Assembly (NCBI RefSeq): GCF_002113885.1
Contig: NW_018408648.1
Location: 260,423 to 324,422 of the forward strand
Origin: Mizuhopecten yessoensis
Lineage: Eukaryota
Direction: 5' to 3'
DNA: 64,000 bases
Below the pieces are notes generated by a model, which worked only from the letters and a program-made list of their open reading frames with translations, did not search any database and had not been told where the DNA came from. Within the stretch, counting starts at the first letter, position 1. Each line of letters starts with the position of its first letter. The position numbers were made by a program, and so were the translations under genes. Positions 61,027 through 64,000 of the stretch are shown piece after piece.

Positions 61027-63948
61027 ATGGGTGATAAAAGTGATTCAGGCTACGACCCGGCTTCGTTGCCGGATCTGTTACCGATGTATTATAGGAAACT
61101 GTTTCCATACGGACCCTACTTTCGCTGGCTGAATTATGGAGGAGGTAATCGTATTACATATGTGAATTGTACCGATCAGACTGATCGGACTAACAGCTGA
61201 TCGCCCCCCCCCCGCACTTTATGCTTTTCTATTTATCTATCTATCGCTATCTGTTATACTCCAAAAAGTCAAAAATGGTTTTAATGCGAAGTATCAGGCA
61301 ATCCCTCGCAACGCATGAAGATGAAGTGTGTGTTATAAAGTATCGATGACAACAAGATATAGGACAGTCTCACAAGTCGTGAAGTCGAAGACTTACTATG
61401 CAACCAGGTCCAGTACACTCTGCCGATTGAGCTATATAGCTATAAAGACCTATATAGCTATGTTCACCTATAAATTATAGCTGTATTGAGCTATATTTTC
61501 TAATACTTAAATTTTCATTAAATTAAAGCAAAGTCGCATAAAACAATAAGGTTTATGGTAATGTTGACTACAAAAAGCATATATAAATAGATGTTTATTT
61601 TCATTTTTCATAAATGTTAAATTTCCTTTTTTTTCATCATTTAAAAAAAAAAAAAAATGCTTATATTTAATGTCTTTCACCTTTGTGTTATCAACCTAAT
61701 GATAAAATCTTCTTTTAATAACGACTTTCTTTCGTTTTTCCTTAAAAAGGAAAATCACATGAAAATAGCTCAAAAGACCTATTTCAGATAGGTCAATACA
61801 GCTAGTATAGGTCTTTACAGCTATATAGCTCAATCAGAGTGTACTGGACCTGACAACTACTGGAAGAACAGTGCGAATTTATATCTTGACAGCTACGACG
61901 ATCTGGTATCCCTTCGCCCTTCCTCTTAATCCATATAGGTTATCTGTCAAAATTCTGGCGTCGAGGCAAGAGGAAATCCGGACTAAGACTAATTCTGGTG
62001 ACGTTGTCCATTTTCATTGTTGCTTCCCTTAATTTACAGAGAAGGGTAACGGAAGAGATTACCAGGAACGAAAAGACCCCATCCTCGATATCCAGGGGTT
62101 ACATTCACTTTTGCTCTCTACACCTATGAAATACGTCATAGCAAAATTGAAGGCTAGCTTTCTGATCGGTATCGGGTAAAATAACACCTGACCATTGAAT
62201 CACCAGACTGAAGATTCTGCGAGATCCTTTTGATGTACACCAAAAGATCAATCTAGTCATCTTGTCTTGTCTAAAAGGTACTGCACACTGAGCCTTCAAT
62301 TTTGCCATGACATATTCCCTGAGTGCATAGAGCGAAAGTGAGCGTAGCCCCCTGGATATTGAGGATGAAAAGACCCCGACATTGAAATCTCTTTAAACTG
62401 ACACTTCATCTGACATTCTAACCCAACTGAACTACTGAGTAAATCACCAGAGGGAGATAACCCAGTCCTGTTTGGCCTCATTCCTTGAGTATTCAACCCC
62501 AGTTATGTACAACTTGACAAGGCCCTATATATATAACAGGAAAGATAAAAATGCAACTGAGCTACCTGGTCACCGACAATCGCCCCAGCCCAGTTCCACC
62601 ACACTGATGTGCATTGAAATAGTTTCAATATGGTAGGCTAAAAATGAATTGAAATATGACTGTGTCCCTTTCTATAGAATTGAAAAAAAGGATTCTTTTA
62701 GGTATCTTTTTTTTTATCTGCATGTAACATGCTCACGACAGACAATTAGATATTAGAAGGCTACTTCAGATAGGTTGATGACAGTGATAAAAGATAGCAA
62801 TTAACCCTTAAAGTGCTAAGTTAAAATAACATACGGTAACCAATCAGTGCTGAATTTATTAGGAAAATTTAATTTTCACTGCAGTTCAAATTTAGATACG
62901 ACTTCATAAGTCACAATTTTAGTAAAAATATTGCAAAAATAATACTTGTGTTAATATTAAAACATATTAATACCAATGGAAATTGGTTATTTGATATGTT
63001 TGATTAAATTTGAATCAACACGATTAGCTGTTGACCATATAAAATACCATTTTATAGAATGTGCAACTATAGTTGTGACTAGCAGTGGTGGCCACAGACA
63101 TACAGCGCAACTATACTGTTTTGTCAGGTGTTTTTTCAGTATATATATATATGTAACTTTGAGATCTATATCAGTTAGAAACATAAGTAAGTCACTAACA
63201 CGGGCTAGTATAATAGCATGCTTGTATTTTGTTACTTGACCAGCCCAGGCAGTACACATGATAACTCCAGACATTGAGGTTGTGGACTTTAACATCCTAG
63301 CTCAGCCATAGCCTTATATAGTTACCATTACAACTAGTGATCAATCACGTAAAAAACAAACCTATTTGCACAACTATACAATATTGCCATCCAGTGATCC
63401 ATTTACATTTTATTTTAATGAGTCTTTTTCAACTGTATTGCTAAAATTAATGAGTCCCACAATGTTAAATTCAGCTAATTCCAAAAATTCTGTGAGTACA
63501 GGACTCAGGACTCGCATATAGATTTATCACTGGCCATCACGTTGGAAAAAACAGATCATTTTGAACATATACATGCAATGTCCATCCATATTTCTTTGAT
63601 AGGAAATTATAAATTTAACAGATATAGTTATTGCTAATGTTGTAGTGTTGTGAACAAATTGTAATTGTTGATTCTGTAAGAAGTTTATACAGGATAAATG
63701 ATCAAAATACAACTTTAATTCTGTTCCTGTTTTGTTAGAACAAAAACAAGATATTTTATAATATAGTGTGAATGTTTTACCTCTTTTCAGCTCCAAAAAG
63801 TTACTTCACAAACCGAGAATTTTCGTTCACCTTAAAAGATGACGTGTACATCCGCTATCAGTCATTTTCTGACAAACAGGAGATGGAGAAGGAGATACAG
63901 AAGCGATGTCCTTACAAAATAGATATTGGTGCTGTATTTTCACACAGG
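61027..63948 (+). CDS. PRIM1: DNA primase small (catalytic) subunit, exons 1-2; gene continues beyond the window
   Basis: Exon 1 61027-61144 (MGDKSDSGYDPASLPDLLPMYYRKLFPYGPYFRWLNYGG, phase 1). Exon 2 63791-63948 (APKSYFTNREFSFTLKDDVYIRYQSF..CPYKIDIGAVFSHR). These are diagnostic eukaryotic primase motifs. Confidence 0.97.
61405..61852. mobile_element. MITE in PRIM1 intron 1 (CAGG...CCTG TIRs)
   Basis: caggtccagtacactctg..gattgagctatatagct pairs with agctatatagctcaatcagagtgtactggacctg. Confidence 0.85.
62080..62367. mobile_element. MULE-like MITE with 9-bp TSD
   Basis: TIR catcctcgatatcc / ggatattgaggatg with exact TSD AAAAGACCC at 62071-62079 and 62368-62376. Confidence 0.9.
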
Positions 63949-64000
63949 GTAGGTATGAAGTAAGACAGATAAGTCCGTACTGAGTATTGGGTGTTCATTT

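Overview
Eukaryotic, AT-rich, intron- and repeat-rich DNA. The repeat families (Helentron-type HINEs, CORE/V/Meta-type SINEs, CR1/L2-like LINE relics) suggest a mollusc, probably a bivalve (inference). Four protein genes are supported. (1) An alpha-arrestin-like gene with an intronless CDS (22372-24261, +). (2) A large Cys-rich furin-repeat type I membrane protein with no protease domain (3 coding exons, 47075-40090, -). (3) Head-to-head with it, a multi-exon gene joining an N-terminal TIR domain, with the putative catalytic Glu retained, to a two-TM TMEM268-like region (49763-56287, +). (4) The first two exons of DNA primase small subunit PRIM1 (61027-63948, +). There is also a ~10 kb 28-bp satellite with a perfectly homogeneous core, a 27-bp minisatellite, many MITEs and SINEs, and two degenerate minimal hammerhead ribozyme motifs. 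The most promising candidate for an undescribed system is the divergent receptor / TIR-membrane protein pair, whose intergenic region holds a palindromic IRF-like element. All exon models were read by eye from splice signals and frame continuity and need transcript confirmation.
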